This document shows, piece by piece, positions 36,586 through 47,500 of a stretch of DNA of 64,000 nt. Every line of letters begins with the position of its first letter. Within the stretch, counting starts at the first letter, position 1. The notes beneath the pieces are model-generated. The model saw nothing but the letters and a program-made list of their open reading frames with translations, did not search any database and was not told the DNA's origin. The position numbers and the translations under genes are program-made. Source of the DNA: an uncultured Bacilli bacterium (GTDB lineage: Bacteria > Bacillota_I > Bacilli_A > RFN20 > CAG-826); contig CANQQL010000002.1 of assembly GCA_947625975.1 (NCBI GenBank), positions 4,863 to 68,862 on the forward strand. Direction: 5' to 3'.

Positions 36586-38899
36586 TACTAAAGTCTCCTT
36601 TTAAATCTATTGTGACAAAGTCGCATTCTTTTACATTACATATATCACCAAACTCACAGTACTTACAAGGTGTATTTTGCTCTCCATTGATAATTTTTGG
36701 ATTAATAATAAAATTGCCCTCCTGAATCTTTTGATCTGCTTCTAAGTAATTGTTTTTGGTAACTTGGATAAGATTTAAAAATTCATCTCTTGAAAGGACT
36801 TTTGCATAGTGTACAAAAGAATTGTTTTTGGTCAAAGCCAAAGATTTAATATAGAAAGATTTACTATAAGTAGCATCAAATGTAACAATTTTATCTATTT
36901 CGTTGATTGTTTCTCCCACTAGTTTAAAGTTCTCAAAATAATGCATTTTATTTTCTTCAACATTACCAATTTCTGTCGATAATATATGCTGGATATAAAA
37001 TCCAATTAGTTCCTTATCTTTAAATGTATCACTCTCTGATAAGAGGAAGGCATAGGTGGGAAGTTGCAAAGAATAGCCATATGGAACTTCTTTTCGATTA
37101 TAGGATTCGGCGCCAGATTTATAGTCAATTATAGAGTAATAGTCATTTTTACCATCAGTCGTTACAATTATTTTATCAATTTTTCCATTCAAAAATACCT
37201 TATCTTTTAGTTTTATAGTAAATTCTTTCTCAAAATATACATCTTTTAAATTCATTTGTGACTTTTGTTTTATTAACATTTCACATAAAATTTTTAGTTC
37301 TTCTTTTTTTCGCTCTAATAAAATTTTTTCTTTTGCTTCAAAAACAAATTTATTTATGATTTTAGAATATAAACTTTCAAAATCAAAATTATCTTCATAA
37401 ACATGTGTTAAAATCTCATGAAACAAAGTACCTGTTTTCTGCGCAAAAGTCTCTTCAAAAGTGTTTAGATTTAAAATATTTTGCAAATAATATTTAAATT
37501 GGCATTGAAAAAAAGTTTTTATTTGTGAATAAGAATAGTTACGTTCATCTTTACAAACATAATTATTTAATGGTGTAAATGAGCGATTATAATTTAAATA
37601 TGAAATATTAAACAACTTCTGATAGGCCTGTCTTTCTGGGCTATCTAGATCAAATTTTCTTTTTAAATCCTCAAATTTTGCAAGTCTCTTTTCTCCTTCT
37701 AAACCCGAATAAATCTTTTGTGTCTTTATTTTTTCTACTTTCATTCCCAATTCTTTAATAAGATTCGAAGGATATAGTTTCTCTCCGGAATTAACTAAAG
37801 CATAAGAAATATAAATATTCTCGGCATGCGTAATTTGATCGATTATTTCATTCTTACTTACGCTGTTTTCTATAAAACTTGTTGATAACCGGAGCTTTGT
37901 TTTTTCTTTGTTTGTCAAATAATCATCATCTTTTTTAATAACTGGAAAACGTCCTTGATTAAACCCCAAAATAAAGTAAAATTTATTGGGGAAAATGAGT
38001 CCTAAATTCTCCTTATTATGAATAAATGGTGTCGCTTCTTGATAGATAGTTTCATTTTTTAGAATCGTTTTTAAGGTCTCTATTTGGCGAGAATTATTTT
38101 TTATTTCCCTTATCTTATTGGTTGTAATTAAATCTTTAATTAGATTTATCTCTTCATTAATAGAGAAATCATTATAAATTAAAAACTCCTCAACTCCACT
38201 GCTTTCTATTTGTTTAATGATATTTAAAATTTTCGGCATATTTAAAAGATTAGTTTTTGCCTTAATTAATTTTGATAAATTAAATTGCCGACACATTTTA
38301 TTAATTGCAAAAGCATATGAATCATTATTCACGACTAAAACTATATCTTTCTGATTTACTCCTTGCTTAAGTAAATCACATAGAGTATTGAAAAAATTAA
38401 AAACTTCATCATCAATATTTTCAAATTCAAAGACAGAAGGTAAAAATTCACCTCTGTCAAATCCTATATAATTTGCTTTAATTTTCCAAAAGTCAAGTAC
38501 TGTCTCTAATTCTTTATCTTCATTTCCATATCCCACAATGTATATTGGCTTAGAGTTCAATTCATATTCTAAATATTCGTTTTTTTGGAGATAACCCTGG
38601 GCATTTAACTCTTCATAAAGCTCAACTAATTGCGTAGCCTTTTCATTGTAATAATTTTTTGGCAAGAAATAAATATTATCGATTAACAACTTTGCATTAT
38701 TATACGATTTGTTAAATTTGTTCATCGTATAAATTATGGCATTTATATCATATTTGCCGTAAAAATTTTCCAAAATTTCTTGTTTAGTATAAAATTTAAA
38801 ATTTTTCAACTGCCCATGTTGAAAATAAGTAATGATATCCTGATAATATTTTCGCGGTGCGATTATGATGAATCGCTCATCACTTATTTTTAGTTGCAT
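36572..38899 (-). CDS. addB: Helicase/nuclease subunit B (AddB/RexB), compact 775-aa form lacking the N-terminal Walker A
   Basis: C-terminal nuclease motif YSIIDYKSG. Fe-S cysteines FQCQFKY and PCKYCEFGDIC. 14-nt overlap with addA. Confidence 0.85.
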   Translation of the reverse strand: MQLKISDERFIIIAPRKYYQDIITYFQHGQLKNFKFYTKQEILENFYGKYDINAIIYTMNKFNKSYNNAKLLIDNIYFLPKNYYNEKATQLVELYEELNAQGYLQKNEYLEYELNSKPIYIVGYGNEDKELETVLDFWKIKANYIGFDRGEFLPSVFEFENIDDEVFNFFNTLCDLLKQGVNQKDIVLVVNNDSYAFAINKMCRQFNLSKLIKAKTNLLNMPKILNIIKQIESSGVEEFLIYNDFSINEEINLIKDLITTNKIREIKNNSRQIETLKTILKNETIYQEATPFIHNKENLGLIFPNKFYFILGFNQGRFPVIKKDDDYLTNKEKTKLRLSTSFIENSVSKNEIIDQITHAENIYISYALVNSGEKLYPSNLIKELGMKVEKIKTQKIYSGLEGEKRLAKFEDLKRKFDLDSPERQAYQKLFNISYLNYNRSFTPLNNYVCKDERNYSYSQIKTFFQCQFKYYLQNILNLNTFEETFAQKTGTLFHEILTHVYEDNFDFESLYSKIINKFVFEAKEKILLERKKEELKILCEMLIKQKSQMNLKDVYFEKEFTIKLKDKVFLNGKIDKIIVTTDGKNDYYSIIDYKSGAESYNRKEVPYGYSLQLPTYAFLLSESDTFKDKELIGFYIQHILSTEIGNVEENKMHYFENFKLVGETINEIDKIVTFDATYSKSFYIKSLALTKNNSFVHYAKVLSRDEFLNLIQVTKNNYLEADQKIQEGNFIINPKIINGEQNTPCKYCEFGDICNVKECDFVTIDLKGDFSNGVD

Positions 38900-38977
38900 A
38901 CATTATCTCCTTGTTAAAATTATAAACATAACTAAAAGATAATTCAATGGTAGGCTTAAAGCGTTTTTGATGCCTTT

Positions 38978-40456
38978 TTATTCAAAAACACGCGTTGCTT
39001 TAATTGCTAGTTTCCATTTGCGATATCGCTCTTTAACTTCACTTTGTGGCATTGACGGATAAAAAGTATTTTCAATGCAGTGAGACTTCTTTATTTCTTT
39101 TAAAGATGCAAAAAAACCTGTTTTTAATCCGGCGAAATACGCAACCCCTAACGCGGTAGTTTCCAGACATTTTGGCAAATTTATTGGCATTTCTAAGATA
39201 TCTGCTTGAAATTGCATTAAATAATTATTCGCTGTTGCTCCTCCATCAACGCTCAAGGAATTAATTTTTGTATGCGCATCTTTTTTGATAGTTTGTAGCA
39301 AATCCATCGATTGATAAGCAATGGCTTCTAAAGTTGCACGAATAAAGTGATATTTATTTGTTGCGCGTGTTAAACCAAAAACGGCTCCACGTGCATAATC
39401 ATCCCAATATGGTGTTCCAAGGCCCACAAAAGCGGGAACAACATAAACGCCATTAGAACTATCGACTTTCCGCGCAGAAATTTCACTATCGGAGGCTTTA
39501 TTTATCATTTTCATTTGATCTCTTAACCATTGAATTGAAGCACCTGCAATAAAAACAGATCCTTCTAAAGCATAGGTTACTTGATTATTTATAGACCAGG
39601 CAATTGTCGTTAACAAACCATTTTTTGATAAACGTGCTTCTTTGCCCGTGTTCATTAACATAAAACAACCGGTACCATAAGTATTTTTCACATCGCCCTT
39701 ACTAAAACAGGTTTGACCAAACAAAGAAGCTTGCTGATCACCTGCTACTCCCATAATAGGAATACTTACCGTTCCAAGCATTAAAATTGCATCACCATAA
39801 TGATAAGAACATTCGTGTACAGTAGGTAGCATGCATTTAGGGATATTAAAAAGTTTTAATAATTCATCATCCCATTTTTTTTCAAAAATATTATAAAGTA
39901 ATGTTCTTGAGGCATTCGTAATATCTGTGGCATGAACTTTGCCTTTTGTTAATTTATAAATAATCCAAGTATCTATTGTTCCAAATAACAATTTTCCTTC
40001 TTCTGCCACTTTTTGCAAATCGTTTTTATCTAAAATAAATCTTATTTTTGATGCTGAAAAATAAGGATTAATAATTAGGCCGGTTTTATGATGAATAAAT
40101 TCTTCTTTATCTTTCAAAGCATCGCAAATCTCTTGCGATTGACGTGATTGCCATACAATAGCGTTTGCAACCGGCAAACCTGTTTCTTTGTCCCACACGA
40201 CAGTTGTTTCCCGTTGATTAGTGATGCCAATTGAATCAATCGCGTTCGCATCAATATTGGCCTTTATCAAGACCTCATTAATCACATCAACCACTGAACT
40301 ATAAACTTCTAGTGCATCTTCTTCTACCCACCCAGATTGGGGATAGATAAGTTCTAATTCCCGCTGCGCTATAAATCGCGAAATTCCTTTTTTATCAAAA
40401 AGTATCGCTCTTGTTGAAGTTGTACCTTGATCAATAGATAATACAAATTTTTCCAT
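38978..40456 (-). CDS. glpK: Glycerol kinase
   Basis: FVLSIDQGTTSTRAILFD, full-length FGGY kinase. GVAGDQQASLFGQ. Confidence 0.96.
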   Translation of the reverse strand: MEKFVLSIDQGTTSTRAILFDKKGISRFIAQRELELIYPQSGWVEEDALEVYSSVVDVINEVLIKANIDANAIDSIGITNQRETTVVWDKETGLPVANAIVWQSRQSQEICDALKDKEEFIHHKTGLIINPYFSASKIRFILDKNDLQKVAEEGKLLFGTIDTWIIYKLTKGKVHATDITNASRTLLYNIFEKKWDDELLKLFNIPKCMLPTVHECSYHYGDAILMLGTVSIPIMGVAGDQQASLFGQTCFSKGDVKNTYGTGCFMLMNTGKEARLSKNGLLTTIAWSINNQVTYALEGSVFIAGASIQWLRDQMKMINKASDSEISARKVDSSNGVYVVPAFVGLGTPYWDDYARGAVFGLTRATNKYHFIRATLEAIAYQSMDLLQTIKKDAHTKINSLSVDGGATANNYLMQFQADILEMPINLPKCLETTALGVAYFAGLKTGFFASLKEIKKSHCIENTFYPSMPQSEVKERYRKWKLAIKATRVFE

Positions 40457-40466
40457 ATTTACTCCT

Positions 40467-41744
40467 TTAATATCGTTTACTTTGGCATGTTTTTTGATAT
40501 AAATTTAAAAATTTATTTTTTAAAAAATCCGACTTCTTAAATCTAAAATTTTCATTGTCACAGAAAGAATTATTTTTTACAAATAATATGTCTTGTAATG
40601 AAAAAATCGTAACATGAGCATTTGATTTAAGCATAATATCTTTTACCCTCTCAACAATATTTTCATTGCTCATACCTTTTACATTCAAAAATTTTTGATA
40701 TGTGTCTTTTAAACTATCATCAACTCTTAATTTATTAATTAAAGAGCAATTATCATTATCATTTAAGTATAAGATACTTTTTTCATGTTCAAAGAAAGAA
40801 TTTTTGTTAATTAAAGAATCTACTCTTATGACTTCAAAATATGAAGCTTTATTTACTCCTTCGCATATTAATTTACTTTTTTCGAAATTATTAAGTTTGA
40901 CAAAAATATAATTGTTTATCTTTTCCGCATTTAAATCTTTTTCATTTATTATTAATAAGTCGTATAACTTTAATGCATTTTTTATTCCCTTGTTCAAAAA
41001 TTTATAATATTTTCGTTCTTTTTTTTCCATAAGTGCATTTTTATCTAAAGCAAAACAATCTTGGTTACTCCACACATCTACTGAATCCCAAGACAAAGAA
41101 AAATTAAAGGCACCGATTATTTTAATATTCTTGCTTTTGGCGTATTTTTTTAACTTCAAATATTGGGAAAACGCCAAATATTGCATAGCTACATAATCTT
41201 CAAAAATATCTAAATTTTTTTCTTTATATAAGACAAGTTCTTCTTGATTATGTTCTTTAAAAGGATTAGGCCATTCACACCATGGCAAATAATTAAACTT
41301 TTCTTTTAAACACATAAATAAAGCATAATCCTCTAACCAAAACTTATTTTTTGCATAAAATTTTTGAATTTGGACTTTCTCTTTTTCCTTTACTGAGACT
41401 AATGCATTCTTCAACAAAGTCAAACGATGAAGATGTAAATAATTAAAATCAATTCTTCGATTATTATAATTTTTGGTATGCGCTACAAGTTCTTCTTTTT
41501 TCAAATAGCCTTTCTTTACTAAATGTTCTAAATCAATAAAGTAAGGATTTAGCGCAAACGTGGAATAAAATGAAACTTCTAGATTACTACATTTTGCGTC
41601 ATTAATCGGCATTATCTGCCAATATTTTTGACCTGCTAATTTTAATAATTTTACAAATCTTTTTGCCTCTACTCCAAAATTACCAATTCCGTATTTGGAA
41701 GGTAATGCCGTGATACTAAGTAATAATCCGCTTCCTCTTTCCAT
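40467..41744 (-). CDS. GH77 4-alpha-glucanotransferase (MalQ)-like protein, shortened and with a divergent catalytic core
   Basis: The N-terminus matches amylomaltase (GLLLSITALPSKYGIGNFG...YWQIMPIN...NPYFIDL...WLEDYALFM). It is only 425 aa, and the canonical GDxPI, RIDH and AEDLG blocks are not intact. Confidence 0.6.
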   Translation of the reverse strand: MERGSGLLLSITALPSKYGIGNFGVEAKRFVKLLKLAGQKYWQIMPINDAKCSNLEVSFYSTFALNPYFIDLEHLVKKGYLKKEELVAHTKNYNNRRIDFNYLHLHRLTLLKNALVSVKEKEKVQIQKFYAKNKFWLEDYALFMCLKEKFNYLPWCEWPNPFKEHNQEELVLYKEKNLDIFEDYVAMQYLAFSQYLKLKKYAKSKNIKIIGAFNFSLSWDSVDVWSNQDCFALDKNALMEKKERKYYKFLNKGIKNALKLYDLLIINEKDLNAEKINNYIFVKLNNFEKSKLICEGVNKASYFEVIRVDSLINKNSFFEHEKSILYLNDNDNCSLINKLRVDDSLKDTYQKFLNVKGMSNENIVERVKDIMLKSNAHVTIFSLQDILFVKNNSFCDNENFRFKKSDFLKNKFLNLYQKTCQSKRY

Positions 41745-41745
41745 A

Positions 41746-42993
41746 TTATCCTTTCATTAATGTCTCAATTTCTTCTATATCTTTCGCTATCTCCAGCGAT
41801 AAACATTCTGAACCATCCTCGGTAACTAAAACATCATCTTCAATACGAATACCGATTTTCAATTCTTTAATATATAGGCCCGGCTCTACAGTTATAACAT
41901 TTCCTTTTGTTAGAGGTAATTCTCTTAAAGATATATCATGCGTATCTAACCCAAGATGATGAGAAATATTATGGTAATAATATTTGGAGATTTCCTCTAA
42001 ATCGCTTATTAAGCCCATTTTTATTAACTCTTTTGCCATAAACATTTTAGCTTCTTCTTGCAATTTTTTTATTGTCAATCCCGGTTTAATTAAAGAAATA
42101 ATGTATTTGTTACAATTTAAGACTATTTCATAAATCTTTTTTTGTTCTTCGCTATATTTCCCATTGATTGGATAAGTGCGAGAAATATCGGCTTTATACT
42201 CATCATTATCTGATCCTAAATCAAATAAAATAAGATCGCCATCATTCATTTTGCTCATTGGATGAGGATAATGTAATATAGTTGCATTAATGCCACTTGC
42301 CGCGATTGTATTAAAAGATAATTTGGCATTATTATTTAAAGCTATTATATATTTAAATAGTGCTGCCATCTCATATTCATATTTATTTGGTTTTAATTGT
42401 TTTAAAATAGCTTGTAAACCCAGATTGGTATTATGAATTGCCTGCCTTATTTTTTCAATTTCATGAGCAGATTTAATCATTCTCAAAAGCTTAAGATTTT
42501 GGGAAATATCTATAAATTTCAAATGAGAAAAGTTTTCTTTTAAGAATTTTTGATAGCCACTTAAAGAAACAAATTCATTCATATTTCCGTAATTTGCTGC
42601 CGATTCATAATCTAGACATATTGTCACATTAGTAAAACTATTGATTAACTTGGTAAGCTCATCGGAAAAATCTTCAACAAATAATATTTCCTCTATACCG
42701 GAAATTTCCCGAGCTTCCTCTACCTTTAACCGAATACCTGTCCATTTTTCTTTTAATTCGTCAAATTTTTGAATAAACAACAAAGTTTTTGTTTTGCTTT
42801 CCTTTTTTACAAAAACTAAAACAGTATCCGCTTGGTTTATTCCCGTCAAATAGAAAAAATTATAATCAATTTGAAATTCAAAAGCTTCATCAGCGCTTTT
42901 TCTTATCTCTGATCCACCAAAAATTATTGTTATTGAATTATTTGGTAAGTCGGCAATAAACTTATTTTGACGTTCAATTCTTTCCTTTAACAT
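41746..42993 (-). CDS. Xaa-Pro aminopeptidase (M24B)
   Basis: DLGSDNDEYKADISRT, HHLGLDTHD, VEPGLY, IRIEDDV. Confidence 0.9.
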   Translation of the reverse strand: MLKERIERQNKFIADLPNNSITIIFGGSEIRKSADEAFEFQIDYNFFYLTGINQADTVLVFVKKESKTKTLLFIQKFDELKEKWTGIRLKVEEAREISGIEEILFVEDFSDELTKLINSFTNVTICLDYESAANYGNMNEFVSLSGYQKFLKENFSHLKFIDISQNLKLLRMIKSAHEIEKIRQAIHNTNLGLQAILKQLKPNKYEYEMAALFKYIIALNNNAKLSFNTIAASGINATILHYPHPMSKMNDGDLILFDLGSDNDEYKADISRTYPINGKYSEEQKKIYEIVLNCNKYIISLIKPGLTIKKLQEEAKMFMAKELIKMGLISDLEEISKYYYHNISHHLGLDTHDISLRELPLTKGNVITVEPGLYIKELKIGIRIEDDVLVTEDGSECLSLEIAKDIEEIETLMKG

Positions 42994-43008
42994 AAATCAT
43001 ACTCCCTT

Positions 43009-43821
43009 TTATAAATTTTTAATTTTCTCTATTGCTTTATTTAGATATTCGCATTCAATATCTTCTACTTCCCCTTTATCTACAAGGCGAGATATTTCTT
43101 CTTTTAATGGTAATTGACCTAAAATATCCAAATTGAAATCTTTTGCTACTTCTTCAAGATGCGATTTACCATAAATATAAATTTTTTCTTGGCATTTTGA
43201 GCATTCGACATAGGACATATTTTCGACAATACCTAAAATAGATATATTCATGGCACTTGCCATTTTAATGGCCTTTTTTACAATCGTAGAAACTAAATCT
43301 TGTGGCGAAGTGACAATTATAATACCATCAATAGGTAAGTATTGAAAAGTTGTTAAAGCAACATCTCCTGTTCCTGGTGGCATATCGACAATCATATAAT
43401 CAACATTATGCCATAAAACATCTGTATAAAATTGTTTAACTAAGTCGCCTATCATTGGTCCTCGCCAAATAATTGGATCTTCTTCGTTTTCCAATAATAA
43501 ATTAGCAGACATTATTTGGATACCGGTTTTAGATATTGCCGGATATATAATTCCTTGTTCTCCCATGGCTTTTTCAGTAATACCAAAAGACTTCGGAATA
43601 GAAGGTCCGGTTATATCGGCGTCAAGTATTCCGATACGATAACCTTCTTTGGAAAGCTGACTAGCAATCAAAGAAGAAACCAAACTCTTGCCTACGCCTC
43701 CCTTTCCGGAAATTACACCTATTATTTTCTTTACTTTTGAGAGTTCATTCAATTTTGCTTTTTCAATACGGTGATCACAACTTTGACCACATTCATTACA
43801 ATTTCCATTACATTGTGCCAT
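43009..43821 (-). CDS. Mrp/NBP35/ApbC-family Fe-S cluster carrier ATPase
   Basis: Deviant Walker A SGKGGVGKS, CxxC SKCQEKI, N-terminal Cys-rich CNGNCNECGQSC. The ATG at 43821 has a GAGGA RBS; the track start is a TTG. Confidence 0.88.
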   Translation of the reverse strand: MAQCNGNCNECGQSCDHRIEKAKLNELSKVKKIIGVISGKGGVGKSLVSSLIASQLSKEGYRIGILDADITGPSIPKSFGITEKAMGEQGIIYPAISKTGIQIMSANLLLENEEDPIIWRGPMIGDLVKQFYTDVLWHNVDYMIVDMPPGTGDVALTTFQYLPIDGIIIVTSPQDLVSTIVKKAIKMASAMNISILGIVENMSYVECSKCQEKIYIYGKSHLEEVAKDFNLDILGQLPLKEEISRLVDKGEVEDIECEYLNKAIEKIKNL

Positions 43822-43825
43822 AATA

Positions 43826-44431
43826 TTATTCCTCAACTTTTTTATATTTTATTTTGTTTTCAATTATTTCAATCATTGTGCCTTGATATAATAATTGCTT
43901 AAATTCATGATAAACCTCTTCGCCAACAAAAACTTTTAAAGTTATTAATTCGTTAAACTCTGTATTTTCTATGATACTATGCGCATCTTTGCATATATGA
44001 ACAACATTATCATAATTCATGTAACTAGTAGTTATATTACAAAGATATCCCTGGCATATTGCGTATTTTTCGACAGTTTTTATGACTAAATTAGCCATAT
44101 CAACATAAGTCCTTAAGAGACGAGCTGCTCCCAATAATGTTCCTCCGAAGTACCGCACCACTACTAATAGAACATTACTGAAATTATTTTTAATTAACAA
44201 ATCTAGCATAGGGCGTCCTGCCGTACCTTGTGGCTCTCCATCATCACTTGACTTTTGGAAATCTCCGATTATTCCCGCATAACAATAATGTTTTGCTTTC
44301 GGATATCTTTTCTTAATTTTAGTAATTTCTTGCTTAATATCCTCTTTGTTTGTGAGTGGTTTTATTATTCCAATGAAGCGTGAATGTTCAACTTCTAATT
44401 CTTTAATATATTCTGATACTATTGAATACAA
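43826..44431 (-). CDS. yigZ: YigZ/IMPACT-family protein (UPF0029)
   Basis: SDDGEPQGTAGRPMLDLL and VVVRYFGGTLLG. Confidence 0.85.
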   Translation of the reverse strand: MYSIVSEYIKELEVEHSRFIGIIKPLTNKEDIKQEITKIKKRYPKAKHYCYAGIIGDFQKSSDDGEPQGTAGRPMLDLLIKNNFSNVLLVVVRYFGGTLLGAARLLRTYVDMANLVIKTVEKYAICQGYLCNITTSYMNYDNVVHICKDAHSIIENTEFNELITLKVFVGEEVYHEFKQLLYQGTMIEIIENKIKYKKVEE

Positions 44432-44478
44432 TCAAAATCACCCCTCATAAATTACGCTAGTTATTAAAATAAAGAATG

Positions 44479-44507
44479 GCAAAAACCCTTAAGATTTCTT
44501 AAGGGTT
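44479..44507 (-). terminator. Strong terminator of the giant ORF
   Basis: Perfect 10-bp stem AACCCTTAAG-attt-CTTAAGGGTT, followed on the minus strand by TTTTTG. Confidence 0.85.
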
Positions 44508-44520
44508 AAAATTTAAGTTA

Positions 44521-47500
44521 TTAATTTGCCAAGGCATTAAACATATTCATAATATCATCATGAACATTTTTGAATAGGTTTTTATTATTAACTATTGAAC
44601 TACGCTCAGTTAACATATCATTATAAGCAGTTTCAAAAGAAGACTTTCTTTCTTCTCCATTTGGAAATACTAAGAAGACAACATCCTTGTTACTATGTAC
44701 CATGGTACAAATGCCATTTTCTCCAATAAGTTTATCGTAAATACCTTTTTTATAAATGAATTTAGCAATCATGGAATCTTCATTAGTACTCTTGCTATAT
44801 AACGACTCTAAACAACTAACAATTTTTTGTGCGTTAGTCATTTCGGTCGGCATACCATTTTCTTCATAAGGATTATTAAGATTTAAATAGTTATTTTTTA
44901 CAGCAGTAATTACATTGATACTATCGATTGATGAAGATAGAGCATTTGCTTCTAATTCATTAAAGAGAGGATACGCAAAATCCTCGCCATTACTATAGAA
45001 CCAAAGTTTGCTATAATCATTTAAGCTATCTAAATAATAATCATCTAAGTAACCGGAATCTTTAATATTAGTGCTTAAGAAACCTGCTACAATCTCACTG
45101 GCAATTAAAGCCTTTCCATTTTGGAAGCATCCTTTAAAAATTCCATCGACCGCTTTTGCATTAAGAGACGTGAAGACATTTTCTCCATCCTGTGGTATGT
45201 TACCTATTACTTCTTTAAGACTACTAGCAATAGAATTTAAAGCACCGCCTTCAATATCTATTTGTTTTTGACGATCCTCACTTGAAGGATATGTAGTTTC
45301 TATTTTTTCAAAGATTTTATCAAAGACATTTTTATGCTCTGCATCATAATCATTTCTAATGTAATCCGCAAACCCTACTGAATTAATTGCATTTTTCAAA
45401 ACTAATCCACGGCAATCTTTGAAAATTTCAGAATCCAACAAAAATTGAATAAATGTTCCTAAGCCTTTTTCACCAAAACTCGAAATTTCGAATTCGCTAC
45501 CAAACTTGATATTGTAATTAACTTGTCCATCAACATCAACTTCACAAATTTCGTTAAGCAATTTATTTATGTTATTTAATTCTATATTATAATCTTCACG
45601 GCCAATCAAATAATTTTCTTTATTTTCTCCGTTATATTTAGAAAATTCCGATAAGGCAACATTTTCGAAAGCTTTTTTGATATAAACTGGAACAGCATCA
45701 TAACATAAATCACTCGAATTTATAGTTTTTAAGATATTAGTAATGGAATCCGGCGACATCTTTTCGACATTGATATCTTGAATTTGTGTAACAGTTTCAT
45801 CAGTAACACTATCAAATATATTAAAAATATCATCAATTTCTTTTTCCCAAGATTTGCTATTCTGTTTATTAAATTCAATGATTTTATTTCTTGCATTCTT
45901 ATGTGCTGTCACACCCGGCATGTAGTCATATAAACCACCATCAGTTTTTGCATCATATATAACTTTAGATAAGCTAGATTCATCAAATATTAACCACATT
46001 AATTGAATAAATACTGTATCATTAGTCTCTAGACTATTCGCATCCATCAGATCCTTTGCATTAAATTGATTAAATACACTTGAATTTGCTAGTGCATTTA
46101 AAGTTTCTTTAATAATTTCCTCATTTTCACCTTTTATAAAATTAATATCTAGTTTATTTCTTAATGCATCGGTAAGTGATGTAAAATTATTCATAATAGT
46201 CGTCAAATAACTAATTTCTTCATCATCATAATGATCGTACTCTTTAGTATCGGCGTTATAAGTATATTCCGGTGTTGCTGCTCTTAGATTAAGTTCATAT
46301 CGTGTAGTTCCATCTAAAGTAGTAAAGTCAGATGTATCACATTGTTCGGTAAACATATGTATATAATGTGGAATAGCTCTAAATAAAAGCTTAGATTTAT
46401 TTAAAAGAGGTAAAAGATCATCAGCCTTTTCTTCAAGCCATCCTGTGTCATTTCCGGCATTATCGAAATCAACACCCGATGAACTTTGAATCAATTCAAA
46501 GAGATTATCTATTTCTCCTTTTGAGGCTTCTTTTGTAATCCATTCATCATTTAAATTTTCATTGCAACGATTATTTAGAATTGAGTCTCGAACAATTTCT
46601 AGTGTTGTCTTATATTTTAATTCAGTATTATTTATTTTATCAGTAGTACCAATAACAGCTTCCTCACCCAAAGTAGCATTCAAAAATTCTGTGACAATTC
46701 CCTCAAAGACGGTAGCATCAGCCTCGTTTTCTAAGTTTTCATTTTGCAAAGTATTAAATATTTTGGAATCATGTAAGAAGATTAAGGCATCTTTTAAATT
46801 GGTTAATTGTTCATTGTCATTACGTACATCATTAAAATCTGATCCTTTAATAGATTGAATTTTTTCTAAAGCGCTATAAACGGTATTAATTTCGGCATTT
46901 CGTTCGTCAGCATTATCAAGATCTACAAGAGCCTGAACATTAATTCTTGAATTAATTTTTAAATCAATACCATTAAAATCTCCTACAACTGAAGCGGCAT
47001 CTTTAATAGCGTTTGCAATAGCCATTCTTAAAATATTGGAGTTATTAATACCCACAAAATTTTCTTCTTTAGCTGTAAACAAACGACGATATTCCGCTTT
47101 TGATGGATCATTTAATACTTTATCTAACCCATCACTTCCGGATGTGTTGGAAATTGGACCATCTCCTGCACCAATTAATTGAATCTCTTTAATAAAATCA
47201 AATAAAATGTCGATCTCATATTCCCAATTCTTTTTTTCTGATATTTCTGCAATAAATTCCGTAGTTTTCGAATAACTCTCGGGATTATCAATATCTGCCA
47301 AATTAAGTCCTTTTGTACTGATTAATTGATTTTTTAAAAATTCCCCAAAGCTATTTTCATCTGTAAATAACTGCGTGGTAGACAAAGCTTTAACCAAACT
47401 TCTTGTTAGCTCGGTATCACTATTTATAAAGTCGATATTATCTAATGCGACTCCCTTTTCATTTAATTTTTGTGCACTATCAAGTAATGTAGAGAATGTT

